A DNA stretch of 64,000 bases from an uncultured Streptococcus sp. GTDB taxonomy: Bacteria; Bacillota; Bacilli; Lactobacillales; Streptococcaceae. The DNA lies in NCBI GenBank assembly GCA_963534275.1, contig CAUSRF010000001.1, positions 560-64,559 of the forward strand. The letters are read 5' to 3'. Shown in pieces: positions 19,671 to 29,523 of this stretch (position 1 is its first letter; the number at the start of each line of letters is the position of its first letter). The position numbers and the translations under genes were made by a program. The notes beneath the pieces were generated by a model that worked only from the letters and a program-made list of their open reading frames with translations, made no database searches and had not been told where the DNA came from.

Positions 19671-20994
19671 CTTCCCTTTATCTCAAAAGTACATTGATTT
19701 TTGCAATAGCTTTAATAATGTTGATGCGGACTTTTTGGAAGGTACAACGGCAGCTGGAAAAACAACGGTTGGTGTTGGTGTCAAGTTTATGCGAGCAGTT
19801 AGCAGAAATTCGAAGAAGTTTCACATCATTGCAGCAAAGACAGTTGGTGTAGCTGAAAAGAATATCATTAATCAGGATAACGGAATTTTAGACATACACA
19901 AATCAGCCGTCTATTGTGGTAATGGTGATAAAGATTCGAAGATTCCTCACATCAAGTTTGAGGGGAAAATCATTTATGTATTGGGATATGACAACAAGGA
20001 AAAATGGAAGCTGGTCCTTGGTGGTCAGTATGGATGTGTCTATATTGATGAGGTCAACACGGCTGACATCGAGTTTGTCCGTGAGTTGTCCACACGTAAT
20101 GATTATTTGATGGCAACGCTCAATCCGGATAATCCTGATTTACCAGTCTACAAAGAGTTCATCAACAAGGCGAGACCGTACAAAAAATACGCAGGCGATG
20201 TTCCGGAAGAGATTATGCGAGACCTATCAGAACCAGCTAACCCTAAATGGCGTTACTGGTTTTTTACGTTTAATGACAATTTGTCACTAACACCAGAAGC
20301 TATCCAGAAGAAAAAGGATGCTGCACCAGTTGGGACTAAACTCTACAAAAATAAAATACTTGGTCTACGTGGCCGAGCAACAGGAATTGTCTTCGTTAAT
20401 TTTGATAGCAAAAAACACGTATTGAGTAAGTCTTTTGTAAAGAATACGGTCACGTTCCAACGGTTCACAGCTGGACTAGATACAGCTTACTCAGCAAGCA
20501 GTCCGGATACAATTGCAATGATTTTCCAAGGGATATCAGATGACGGAAAGTTATACACGCTGGATGAGGAAGTCTACAACAACGCTGAGCTTGATGTACC
20601 GATTGCACCATCTGATACGGTGGTCAAGTTTATCAATTTCCTAGAGCGCAACCGTGGTGAATGGGGGCTGGCGCGTGATGTATTTGTTGATAGTGCGGAC
20701 CAAGCAACGATTACAGAATTAAACAAATACAAGCGACAATACGGCTGTCTGTATATCTTTAACAATGCTTATAAGAAAACCAAGATTATTGACCGGATCA
20801 ACTTCCAAATTGGTTGGTTAGCTCAAGGTTGCTACTATGTGTTAAGTCATTGTACGAATCATATCAAAGAGCTAAACACGTATGCGTGGAAAGAAGGAAA
20901 AGATGAGCCGGAAGATGCAAACGATCATACAATCAATGCGAATCAGTATGCGTGGTTGCCATACAGGAAGATAATCGGAAGAAAGGAAAACTAA
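19654..20994 (+). CDS. terL: Terminase large subunit
   Basis: EGTTAAGKT Walker A, YIDE Walker B, C-terminal nuclease (GLD..DSAD..DHTI). Confidence 0.9.
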   Translation: MDLTNSFPLSQKYIDFCNSFNNVDADFLEGTTAAGKTTVGVGVKFMRAVSRNSKKFHIIAAKTVGVAEKNIINQDNGILDIHKSAVYCGNGDKDSKIPHIKFEGKIIYVLGYDNKEKWKLVLGGQYGCVYIDEVNTADIEFVRELSTRNDYLMATLNPDNPDLPVYKEFINKARPYKKYAGDVPEEIMRDLSEPANPKWRYWFFTFNDNLSLTPEAIQKKKDAAPVGTKLYKNKILGLRGRATGIVFVNFDSKKHVLSKSFVKNTVTFQRFTAGLDTAYSASSPDTIAMIFQGISDDGKLYTLDEEVYNNAELDVPIAPSDTVVKFINFLERNRGEWGLARDVFVDSADQATITELNKYKRQYGCLYIFNNAYKKTKIIDRINFQIGWLAQGCYYVLSHCTNHIKELNTYAWKEGKDEPEDANDHTINANQYAWLPYRKIIGRKEN

Positions 20995-20995
20995 A

Positions 20996-22567
20996 GTGGG
21001 AATAATGGATATGATCAGAAGGAGTATGAGAAGCTTTCTCAAACTGGAACAGGCACAGCCAAATGTCATCACAATTACAGAGGCAATGACGTTTGAAGAT
21101 AATGCAGCAAAGAACCAAATTTGGTATCGCGGTGACTCATACGAACTGGACCAGCTCTACAAGCAATTACCACACAGCAACATCAACTTTTGGGGAGCGA
21201 CCAGCACTCCTGGTCAAGAAATTAGAAAGATTCACACAGGAATCCCTGGTCTTATCGTTGATAGGTTGGTAGATATCACGCTGCACGATATGAATGATTT
21301 AGATTTTGCCGAGGAAATGCAAGGAAATTTGTGGGAAAAGATTGCTGAAGATAGCAACTTCCACGATCAATTGCAGGAGGCGATTAAAGATAGTCTTGTG
21401 ATGGGTGATGGTGCTTTTCGTATTTCATTTGATCCAGAACTTACAGCGTTGCCTATTGTTGAATGGGTTGGTGGAGATAGAATTGAAATCATCTACAACC
21501 GCGGAAGATTGAAAGAAGTTATTTTCCGCACACACTTCACAGAACACAGACGGAGCTATTTGCTCGAGGAAATCTACGGCTACGGCTCATTAACTTATAA
21601 GCTCTACAGGGGCGAAACTGAGCTAGATATGAGCGCGACAGAGTACACTGCTAACCTTGTCGATGTGGAGTTCGATAAATCCGTTATCTTGTGCTTGCCG
21701 TTTAAGATTTACACGTCACCTAAAGTAAAAGGCCGTGGTCAATCTATCTATGATCGTAAGACAGATGCTTTTGATAGCTTGGATGAGTCTTGGAGTCAGT
21801 GGATGGATGCTCTTCGTTCTGGACGATCACGAGAGTATATTCCTGAGAATTTACTTCCTAGAGATCCCTACACAGGCGAAATTAGTAAGGGCAATCCTTT
21901 TGACCATCGTTTTATCAAGGTCGAGACGGCGATGGGTGAGGATGCAAAGAACACAATCACATTGCAACAAGCTAATATTCCTCATGAAAGTTATTTGAGT
22001 ACATACGTGACTGCGCTTGATTTAGCTTTACAAGGCATCATTAGCCCATCTACACTCGGTATCGATGTCAAGAAGCTAGATAATGCTGAGGCACAACGTG
22101 AGAAAGAAAAGACAACTCTCTATACTCGTAATGCTATTGTGACAGCTCTGCAAGATTACTTGCCAAAGTTAATTAGTATGGTTTTGAATGCTGATAGCGT
22201 GCTTAAGAAAAACCCGCTACAGAAAGTAAAGGTCGACGTGCCGTTTGGTGAGTATGCTAACCCTAGTTTTGAATCGCAGGTTGAGACAGTTTCTAAGGCT
22301 AAGACAGGTGGTATCATGTCGATTGAAGCGAGCGTTGAGGAGTTATACGGTGACTCAAAAGACCAGAATTGGAAAGACCAGGAAGTGGCAAGAATAAAAG
22401 CAGAGCAAGGTGTGACAGAAGTCAAAGTGCCATCGTTGAATGAAGCTGCTAACGATTTTGAGATAGAGAAGGAGGCTGAAGATGCTGAAGACGGTGACGA
22501 TAGGACAGAGGATCTATCACATGAGTCAGAAGGAAGCGCAGGGACTTCTACAGATAGCGAGCGATAA
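20996..22567 (+). CDS. Portal protein
   Basis: 523 aa after terL; acidic tail; position. Confidence 0.8.
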   Translation: MGIMDMIRRSMRSFLKLEQAQPNVITITEAMTFEDNAAKNQIWYRGDSYELDQLYKQLPHSNINFWGATSTPGQEIRKIHTGIPGLIVDRLVDITLHDMNDLDFAEEMQGNLWEKIAEDSNFHDQLQEAIKDSLVMGDGAFRISFDPELTALPIVEWVGGDRIEIIYNRGRLKEVIFRTHFTEHRRSYLLEEIYGYGSLTYKLYRGETELDMSATEYTANLVDVEFDKSVILCLPFKIYTSPKVKGRGQSIYDRKTDAFDSLDESWSQWMDALRSGRSREYIPENLLPRDPYTGEISKGNPFDHRFIKVETAMGEDAKNTITLQQANIPHESYLSTYVTALDLALQGIISPSTLGIDVKKLDNAEAQREKEKTTLYTRNAIVTALQDYLPKLISMVLNADSVLKKNPLQKVKVDVPFGEYANPSFESQVETVSKAKTGGIMSIEASVEELYGDSKDQNWKDQEVARIKAEQGVTEVKVPSLNEAANDFEIEKEAEDAEDGDDRTEDLSHESEGSAGTSTDSER

Positions 22568-22709
22568 TGTAGAGTTTGGTATCTATGCTGTTGAGAAGAA
22601 CAACAAGTTGGATATGCTCAACCTCAAAATGCCTAGTAAAACGGCTTTGAAGCGACAATTGAGAAGTTTTAAGGCGCAAGGTTTTAAGGTGTACTGCAAT
22701 GGCTTATGA
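22482..22709 (+). CDS. Hypothetical protein overlapping portal 3' end
   Basis: AAGGAGG RBS inside portal; 75 aa. Confidence 0.6.
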   Translation: MLKTVTIGQRIYHMSQKEAQGLLQIASDNVEFGIYAVEKNNKLDMLNLKMPSKTALKRQLRSFKAQGFKVYCNGL

Positions 22710-24468
22710 TGTATCTAAAGCATTTGAGCGAATTGAAAACGATCTTCTTGATTCTATGATTAGAAATCTCGGAAGGCATAAGGCAGAGGAAACTGCTGAA
22801 GGTTTTGAATGGGAACAATGGCAGGTCGCTCAATTGAAAGAGCTTGAACGATTTAAGCGAGCCAATGCCAAAAAATATAGCAAAGAGTTTGCCAATATCA
22901 ATAGCAAGATTTCCACAGCTATCCAAGAAGCCTATAAGCAAGGCATGGATGATGAGGAAATGTCTATCCTGGAAGCTATCAAGAACGGTTTTGAATTTAA
23001 CAGTGGAACAGATAATCTGGGGGCTTCATTTTTCGCTATCAATGAACGAAAGTTGAATGCGTTACTTAACTCGATCGAGCATGATATGAAGACGGCAGAG
23101 CATGCTGTATTGAGGTATACAGACGACCAGTACAGGCGCACAATATTTGATGCTCAGGTAGCAGCTAACACGGGAGCTAAGACATATGAGCAATCAGTGG
23201 ATATGGCCACCAAAGATTTTCTAAGTCGGGGAATCACATGCATCCAATACAGTAACGGGGCCATGGTTAATATCGTATCGTACGCTGACATGGCCATTCG
23301 GACAGCAACCAAAAGAGCCTACTTAATGGGCGAGGGAGTCAAGCGCCAGGAGTGGGGGATTCACACTGTTATCTTAAACAAGCGATCGAATGCATGTCCT
23401 CTGTGCATGCCTTTTGAAGGTAAAGTATTGATTGATGATGTCTGGTCAGGAGGCAGTGTGGCTGATGGTCCATATCCATTGTTAAGTTCTGCAATGGCAG
23501 CTGGTTTGTATCACCCTAACTGCAAAGATAAGCATACAACTTATTTTCCTGGGGTCAGTAGCGAGCCAGAGAAAATATTTACAAATCAGGAATTGGACGA
23601 CATAAAGGAAAGACAGTTACTGGACAACAAAGTTCAGCATGCTAAGCGACAGGAGAAACGCTTTAGCATATTATCGCAGTTCAGTCTCGATGAAGACAAT
23701 GTTCAGAAGTACACATTAAGGGCGGAAGAATGGTCTAAACTTAAGTCTAATGCAGAAGAAAATCTGAAATACTTTGAAGCGGAAAAAGGATACAAATTAT
23801 ACCAAGAACTTTCACTCGAAAGTGATAGTGATTACAAGAAATTCATCAATCGTCAGAGATTGCCTAGAGATACTAGTGGCGTAGCTTCGAAGAAGATTGC
23901 TGCAGAGACACGACACATGTATATCGATGCGACTCGAAAAAAATTCAAGGGAGGTACAGAGATTGGACAAGACTTGTTTGCAAGATTAGCCGACCAGTCG
24001 GCGATTGCAACTATTGCAGAAACAGGAGTTGTGAGATATGAATCTGGAAAACTCTTCCTGAACATGTATAAGGACATAGACGACCCTCGCGGACCTGGTA
24101 CTGGTTATTTCCATGAATTTGGTCACCAAATAGATGAGAAACTAGGTTGGGAATTCACAAAGGATAAAAAAATCCTGCAACTTCTGCGTAAAGACTTTAT
24201 CAATTTATCTGACGATACTATTTTTGAAGCAGTCCATATCAATGATAAAGCCTCTTCGGTATCTGATATATTAGGAGCGTTGAGTGAAGGGAGAATACAA
24301 GGTAAGTATTCGCACTCGCTTGTTTACTGGGAGAAAAAAGGAAATATCGAGAGCGAGTTTTTTGCGCATGTGTTTGAGGCACAATTTGATGGTGAACGCA
24401 GAGAAATACTTGAAAAAACTTTTCCTGAGAGTTATAATTATGTTATAAATAAACTAAAGGAGAGGTAG
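22699..24468 (+). CDS. Minor capsid (MuF-like) protein with C-terminal HExxH domain
   Basis: CPLC..HPNCKD minor capsid motif; C-terminal FHEFGHQID..EFFAH. Confidence 0.8.
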   Translation: MAYDVSKAFERIENDLLDSMIRNLGRHKAEETAEGFEWEQWQVAQLKELERFKRANAKKYSKEFANINSKISTAIQEAYKQGMDDEEMSILEAIKNGFEFNSGTDNLGASFFAINERKLNALLNSIEHDMKTAEHAVLRYTDDQYRRTIFDAQVAANTGAKTYEQSVDMATKDFLSRGITCIQYSNGAMVNIVSYADMAIRTATKRAYLMGEGVKRQEWGIHTVILNKRSNACPLCMPFEGKVLIDDVWSGGSVADGPYPLLSSAMAAGLYHPNCKDKHTTYFPGVSSEPEKIFTNQELDDIKERQLLDNKVQHAKRQEKRFSILSQFSLDEDNVQKYTLRAEEWSKLKSNAEENLKYFEAEKGYKLYQELSLESDSDYKKFINRQRLPRDTSGVASKKIAAETRHMYIDATRKKFKGGTEIGQDLFARLADQSAIATIAETGVVRYESGKLFLNMYKDIDDPRGPGTGYFHEFGHQIDEKLGWEFTKDKKILQLLRKDFINLSDDTIFEAVHINDKASSVSDILGALSEGRIQGKYSHSLVYWEKKGNIESEFFAHVFEAQFDGERREILEKTFPESYNYVINKLKER

Positions 24469-24470
24469 TC

Positions 24471-24728
24471 ATGCGGATTATCGAAAGCTATCTACGTGTA
24501 GCAGAAAAAGCAGATACATTCAGCGAAAACTTTGGATATCGTTTAGTAGCCCCGATTTTTCCTGTAGCGGCTATCTATGGACCACAAGAAGAGAGTGATA
24601 TCTTTGAAGCAAAATTGGACAAATGTATCAAAGATCAATACGATTATTTTGCAGATGAGTACGGCTATGATTCAGATGAGAAAAAACGTAGACTGCAACG
24701 TGAGAAGTATGTATTTTACGATTGTTAA
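24471..24728 (+). CDS. Small hypothetical protein (candidate immunity)
   Basis: GAGGT RBS; 2 nt after minor capsid stop; hairpin/T-tracts follow at ~24736-24850. Confidence 0.6.
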   Translation: MRIIESYLRVAEKADTFSENFGYRLVAPIFPVAAIYGPQEESDIFEAKLDKCIKDQYDYFADEYGYDSDEKKRRLQREKYVFYDC

Positions 24729-24950
24729 TATCACAGAGCGCCGATAAGGTGCTTTTTTGTACTCAAAAACAGGAGGTAACTATACGTAAGAAAGATTACA
24801 ATAAATTACTATAAATAGCTATAAACCGCGTCGAATTCGAGGCGGTTTTTCTTATACTCTAATTTTTGTCCGAAGACTAAAAACTACGTGGAGACACCAG
24901 TGACAATAACTGAAATAGGGAGACACCCTTAAAACTGAAAGGAGAACGCT

Positions 24951-25535
24951 ATGTTCAAACGCAAACTATTTTTCCATAATGCAGATACAGGAACTGGCTC
25001 TGCAGGTGGACAAGACACGTCAAGCCAAACTCAACCAGCTAGCACTCCTGAGATTGACTATGACAAAATCGCTAGCATTGTCGAAGGCAAGCAAAAAATT
25101 GCTGAAGACACTGTGCTAAAAAATTACTTTAAGCAGCAAGGATTGAGTGGTGAAGAAATGGCTCAAGCTATTACTGCTTTTAAGTCGCAGAAAGCTGATG
25201 CAACACCAGACGTCACATCACTACAGCAACAGTTAACGCAGGCACAAGCAAGTGCATTGCAAGCTAATTTAGAGCGCAATCTACAATTAGCAGCAATCGA
25301 GGAAGGATTGCCTGTTGGTGTGCTACCTTATGTGATGAAATTGGCTGATACATCAACTCTCACACTTGAATCGAAACCAGAAGATTTCAAAGCTATTGTC
25401 GCAAAAGTTTTGGAAGACGTTCCTGCACTGAAGCCGAATAAAGAAGAATCAACTGGGTTTCAACAAATCGGATCTACCGGTAAAACACAACAAACTAGCC
25501 AAACTGATGCCATTGCTGCAGCATTTGGTCTTTAA
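24951..25535 (+). CDS. Head scaffolding protein
   Basis: Upstream of capsid; KLFFHNAD start; Gln-rich coiled coil. Confidence 0.75.
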   Translation: MFKRKLFFHNADTGTGSAGGQDTSSQTQPASTPEIDYDKIASIVEGKQKIAEDTVLKNYFKQQGLSGEEMAQAITAFKSQKADATPDVTSLQQQLTQAQASALQANLERNLQLAAIEEGLPVGVLPYVMKLADTSTLTLESKPEDFKAIVAKVLEDVPALKPNKEESTGFQQIGSTGKTQQTSQTDAIAAAFGL

Positions 25536-25553
25536 GAAAAGGAGAATTAAATT

Positions 25554-26453
25554 ATGACAGTTTATAACTACGCAGAACAATTCGAACAAGCTTTGCATCA
25601 AAAATATGCAAAAGAACTTGCGTCTGTAGATTTGTTTAACTCGAATCCGCAAGTGAAATTTATCAACGCTCAAACAATCAAGTTGCCGAACATCACAGTA
25701 TCTGGTTACAAAGACCACAATCGTCAAACTATCGGTTTTAATTCTGGAACAATTTCAAACGATTGGGAACCAAAGAAACTCGAACATGACCGCGACATCG
25801 AATTTGCAATCGATCCTATGGATGTTGATGAAACAAATCTTGTCGTTTCTATTGCCAATGTCCAAAACACTCTGGAAACTGAACAAGGTATTCCTGAAAA
25901 AGATTGCTACGTGTTCTCAAAACTCTATACTGAAGCAGGTAAGTATGCTGCTAATGGTGCCACTATCGACACTACAACATTGACTGCAGAAAATATCTTG
26001 CAAAAATTTGATGACGCCATGGAAAAAATGGACGAAGCAGGTGTTCCGTCTGAGGGTCGCATTTTGTACGTCACTCCAGCTGTCAACAAGCTCTTCAAAC
26101 AGGCTAAAGACATCCAACGTGTGCTAGGAGTGAATGGTTCAAATGGCGACGTCAAACGCTCTATCTATAGCCTTGATGATGTTAAAATCAAACAAGTGCA
26201 ATCAGCTCGCATGAAATCACAATACAACTTTACAAATGGTTGTGTCGCAACAGATGAAGCGAAACAAATGAACTTTATCTTAATCCACCCATCTTGTGAA
26301 GTTGCTCGTGAAAAATACTCTTACATCAAAGTATTTACACCAGGGCATGACTCACGTACAGCTGATAACTATTTGCTCCAATCTCGCTTCTACATGGATG
26401 CATTCTTGATCAAGAATAAAGCAGCTGGTATCTTTATCAACGCGACAGCGTAA
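25554..26453 (+). CDS. Major capsid protein
   Basis: 299 aa after scaffold; DPMDVDETN motif; strong RBS. Confidence 0.85.
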   Translation: MTVYNYAEQFEQALHQKYAKELASVDLFNSNPQVKFINAQTIKLPNITVSGYKDHNRQTIGFNSGTISNDWEPKKLEHDRDIEFAIDPMDVDETNLVVSIANVQNTLETEQGIPEKDCYVFSKLYTEAGKYAANGATIDTTTLTAENILQKFDDAMEKMDEAGVPSEGRILYVTPAVNKLFKQAKDIQRVLGVNGSNGDVKRSIYSLDDVKIKQVQSARMKSQYNFTNGCVATDEAKQMNFILIHPSCEVAREKYSYIKVFTPGHDSRTADNYLLQSRFYMDAFLIKNKAAGIFINATA

Positions 26454-26471
26454 GAAAGGATGGTGTAGTAT

Positions 26472-26687
26472 ATGGTATTAAAAGCAATTAAAGGAGCTCG
26501 AGTCTATGATATCGATGAGTCAGCGATCAATGATTTTGTTGGTCGTGGCTTTGAAGTCTACGAAGATGGTGAATTAAAATATGGTGAATCTGTCGACAAG
26601 GTTTCAAAAGAAGAGTACGAAAAAGTTTTGGATGACTTGAAAAAAGCTAATGCTGAAATCAAGAAGCTGAAAGAAGCTAAGGAGTAA
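26472..26687 (+). CDS. Hypothetical head-associated protein
   Basis: Position; C-terminal coiled coil. Confidence 0.6.
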   Translation: MVLKAIKGARVYDIDESAINDFVGRGFEVYEDGELKYGESVDKVSKEEYEKVLDDLKKANAEIKKLKEAKE

Positions 26688-26692
26688 CAGTC

Positions 26693-27067
26693 ATGTATGC
26701 TAGTCCAGATTATTACAAAAAGACGTTTGTTGGTGTGATTTCTGCTGATTCAGAAGTTCTGGCTAGCAAACTTAAATCAGCTTCTGACAAGATTGATATA
26801 CTTACGTTCAACCGAATCCGTGGCATTGGATTCGACAATCTGACGCCATTTCAGCAGGAAGTTATCCGAAAGGCTTGTTGTCAGATTGTTGATTTTGAGG
26901 AGGTTAATGCTGATTTGATAGCTACTACAGTTTCAAACTACAGCATTAATGGTGTGTCAATGCAATTTGGATCAAATTGGAATATTGCTACAGAACAAGG
27001 TATTGTTATTTATCGCAAAACCTATGAACTTTTGAAGCAAACAGGATTGACAAGGAGGGTTATTTGA
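26693..27067 (+). CDS. Head-tail adaptor
   Basis: MYA..YY, ASDKIDILTFNRI, LLKQTGL. Confidence 0.7.
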   Translation: MYASPDYYKKTFVGVISADSEVLASKLKSASDKIDILTFNRIRGIGFDNLTPFQQEVIRKACCQIVDFEEVNADLIATTVSNYSINGVSMQFGSNWNIATEQGIVIYRKTYELLKQTGLTRRVI

Positions 27068-27405
27068 TGAAATTTCCACAACTTGTCTTACCTCAATTTT
27101 GCCAGACGCAAATCACAGTCACAGTCAACCAAGAAGGAGTTTCCGAAGACGGCGAACCTTTAGAGGCGTTCAGAGCTAATCTAAAATGCAATTATCAGGA
27201 CAGTGTCAAAACAGTTCTAACTGAACAGAAGAAGCTGGTCCAAATTACTGGGTCAGCTTATTTCGTTGGTGATATTGCACCGTATTTGCCTACATTGAGC
27301 GGTGGGACTGCAATTGTATTTGGTATTGTCAGGAGGATTGTGGACAGCCGGAAAGCTAGAAATCCAGATGGGACTGTTAACTATACCTACATCGGATTGG
27401 AGTGA
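27067..27405 (+). CDS. Head closure / head-tail protein
   Basis: Position; RNPDGTV motif. Confidence 0.6.
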   Translation: MKFPQLVLPQFCQTQITVTVNQEGVSEDGEPLEAFRANLKCNYQDSVKTVLTEQKKLVQITGSAYFVGDIAPYLPTLSGGTAIVFGIVRRIVDSRKARNPDGTVNYTYIGLE

Positions 27406-27409
27406 TGCT

Positions 27410-27790
27410 ATGTTTGTGAATTCTACAGTAAAGCTAGATTTTGGCACTATCCGCAAACTGGAAAGGGCTCAAATCATAGCACTGGAACAGACTGCTGAAT
27501 ACCTGCATACAGAAGTTGTGCAGGCGCAGGTAGTGCCTTTTGATAAAGGTGTGTTGCAAGGTGATGCAATGGCTCCAGACTACTCACATTCATCCCAAGG
27601 TGTAGTAAGCCTGGTACATTCCACTCCTTACGCAAGACGATTGTACTTTCATCCTGAATATCAATTCCAGACGAAAGAAAATCCTCATGCAAAAGGAAAG
27701 TGGTTTGAGGACTGGGCTGATGGTGGCAAGAAGTCACACAAAATAAAACAAGCCTACGGGCGACTTTTCAAACAAATCACGGGGGTTTAA
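27410..27790 (+). CDS. Neck / minor capsid protein
   Basis: VPFDKGVL, TPYARRLY, AKGKWFE. Confidence 0.7.
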   Translation: MFVNSTVKLDFGTIRKLERAQIIALEQTAEYLHTEVVQAQVVPFDKGVLQGDAMAPDYSHSSQGVVSLVHSTPYARRLYFHPEYQFQTKENPHAKGKWFEDWADGGKKSHKIKQAYGRLFKQITGV

Positions 27791-27792
27791 GC

Positions 27793-28197
27793 ATGATTAC
27801 ACTAGCTGAAGTCCGTGACTGGATTAAAACATTTAATGCAGCTAACAACTACTACATTGGCAAGCTCGATAATAAGCAAGAAAACAGTATAGGCATCTAT
27901 CAACGAAAGACAATCGATGGTCCTCGGGTAGCAATAGGAGGTAGATCACTGGCAAGCTATGAAGTCAAATCAATCAGCATCTTAATTCACTGGAACAAGA
28001 ATGCGAATGAGACAGAGAAGCGTGCTCAGTACCTCTATAATCGTCTATTTGATGCTGAATCGGTTGTTATCGGTGAAACACCTATTAAGATGATTGCCTT
28101 GTTACAGAACGAGCCTGTGGATGTAGGAACAGACGATAATAACGTGTATGAGCGTGTTATCGAACTTGATTTATATTACGAAAGAGAGGGCAACTAA
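27793..28197 (+). CDS. Tail terminator-like protein
   Basis: Immediately before major tail gene. Confidence 0.6.
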   Translation: MITLAEVRDWIKTFNAANNYYIGKLDNKQENSIGIYQRKTIDGPRVAIGGRSLASYEVKSISILIHWNKNANETEKRAQYLYNRLFDAESVVIGETPIKMIALLQNEPVDVGTDDNNVYERVIELDLYYEREGN

Positions 28198-28640
28198 TGG
28201 CTCAGAAAACTGGGGTATTCCCCGTATATGAAAATCAGTTCCAAGTAAATAAAGGAACTGCAGGACTGGAATCACTTGTTAATATTGCAGATATGGAATC
28301 ATTCTCAGTATCATTTGACAATGGTGTTGAAGAATGGAAACCATTTGATCAAGCAGGTTGGACACGTCGTTTGATGACTGCAAAGTCAGTTACAATTTCT
28401 GTTTCTGGTAAACGAAATGTAGGTGATGCAGGAAACGACTACATCGCAGGTCTTGCCTTCAAAAATGGTCGTGATTCTGAAGCGGACTTTCAATGGACTT
28501 TCCCAGATGGAACAAAAGTCAAATTTAAAGACGCGGTTATCAATCTTAAGGACTTTGCTTCGGGGGATTCAACTGGTGTTGCACCATTGTCATTTGACGT
28601 TATGTCAAATGGTAAACCAGAAGTGGTGCCAGCAGGTTAA
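28197..28640 (+). CDS. Major tail (tube) protein
   Basis: 147 aa; G.R..GDAGNDY; hairpin AGAGGG..CCCTCT-T tract follows. Confidence 0.75.
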   Translation: MAQKTGVFPVYENQFQVNKGTAGLESLVNIADMESFSVSFDNGVEEWKPFDQAGWTRRLMTAKSVTISVSGKRNVGDAGNDYIAGLAFKNGRDSEADFQWTFPDGTKVKFKDAVINLKDFASGDSTGVAPLSFDVMSNGKPEVVPAG

Positions 28641-28682
28641 TTTAGAGGGTTTCGACCCTCTTTTTATTTTTAAGGAGGAAAT

Positions 28683-28880
28683 ATGGTTGAAGCTGAAGAA
28701 ACCAACGCAATTGCAACCATAGCTTTTATTGATATCGATACAGGTATCGAATACAAAGCTGGAGATACAGTTGATTTAAGCGGTAAATCCAAAGAGCGAA
28801 TCGAAGCTATGGCAAGCAAAGAAAATCGAACTGGTCAAGTACTGATCAACATTTTATCTGAAGAAAAGGAATTTGAATAA
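28683..28880 (+). CDS. Small hypothetical tail-region protein
   Basis: AAGGAGG RBS; YKAGDTV motif. Confidence 0.6.
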   Translation: MVEAEETNAIATIAFIDIDTGIEYKAGDTVDLSGKSKERIEAMASKENRTGQVLINILSEEKEFE

Positions 28881-29182
28881 TGGCAAAAGTAATTGATATT
28901 ACAGAAAAACTCAATTTTGAAGAAAATCCAAAATTGAAAATTAAAGATGCTGAAATTGAAGTCAATACAGATGCAACAACTGTACTGACTCTGATGCAGA
29001 CTATCGGTGATGAAGAAGGAACTCCATCTGCCAAAAAAATGATGGAAATGTTTGAACTCATCTTCCCTGAAAATAGTCGAAAAACACTTGATAAAATGCG
29101 TTTGAATTTTGCTGATTTAACTACAGTTATTGAAGCAGCGATGACATTGGTCATGGGAGAAGAAGAAGTGGGAGAACAGTGA
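28880..29182 (+). CDS. Tail assembly chaperone (gpG-like)
   Basis: Between tail tube and tape measure. Confidence 0.7.
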   Translation: MAKVIDITEKLNFEENPKLKIKDAEIEVNTDATTVLTLMQTIGDEEGTPSAKKMMEMFELIFPENSRKTLDKMRLNFADLTTVIEAAMTLVMGEEEVGEQ

Positions 29183-29510
29183 GCCATACTATGACCTATT
29201 TGAGGATTTCGATTTAATCGTCAGTTCTCTTAGGACACAGTATGGCTTATCTGTATACTCTAATGAATTTAAGAATATGAAGTGGAAAGAGTTCAAGGCT
29301 CTCTTAGCTGGTTTGTCCGGAGAAACACCGCTTGGTCGAATCGTCCAAATTCGAAGCGAAGATGACCTTAAAATGCTAGAAGTATTTTCAGAAGGTCAGC
29401 ACCGCATTCGAAACGAATGGAGATTGAGACTTGCCAAAGAGAAAACTGAACAAGATTTGACTCAAGTTCTTGAAGAATTAAAACAAGCCTTTATTGAGAT
29501 GGCTAAGTAG
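29175..29510 (+). CDS. gpT-like chaperone extension, probably expressed by frameshift
   Basis: Frame open from 29145 (EPYYDLFEDFDLIVSS..TPLGRIVQIRSE); no start codon until 29277 and no clear RBS there. Confidence 0.6.
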   Translation, partial: NSEPYYDLFEDFDLIVSSLRTQYGLSVYSNEFKNMKWKEFKALLAGLSGETPLGRIVQIRSEDDLKMLEVFSEGQHRIRNEWRLRLAKEKTEQDLTQVLEELKQAFIEMAK

Positions 29511-29523
29511 GAGGTGATAGCTA

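Noticed and set aside
24771..24790. Strong RBS AGGAGGT after the candidate immunity gene
   Set aside because: No start codon or ORF follows; possibly a decayed gene but unsupported
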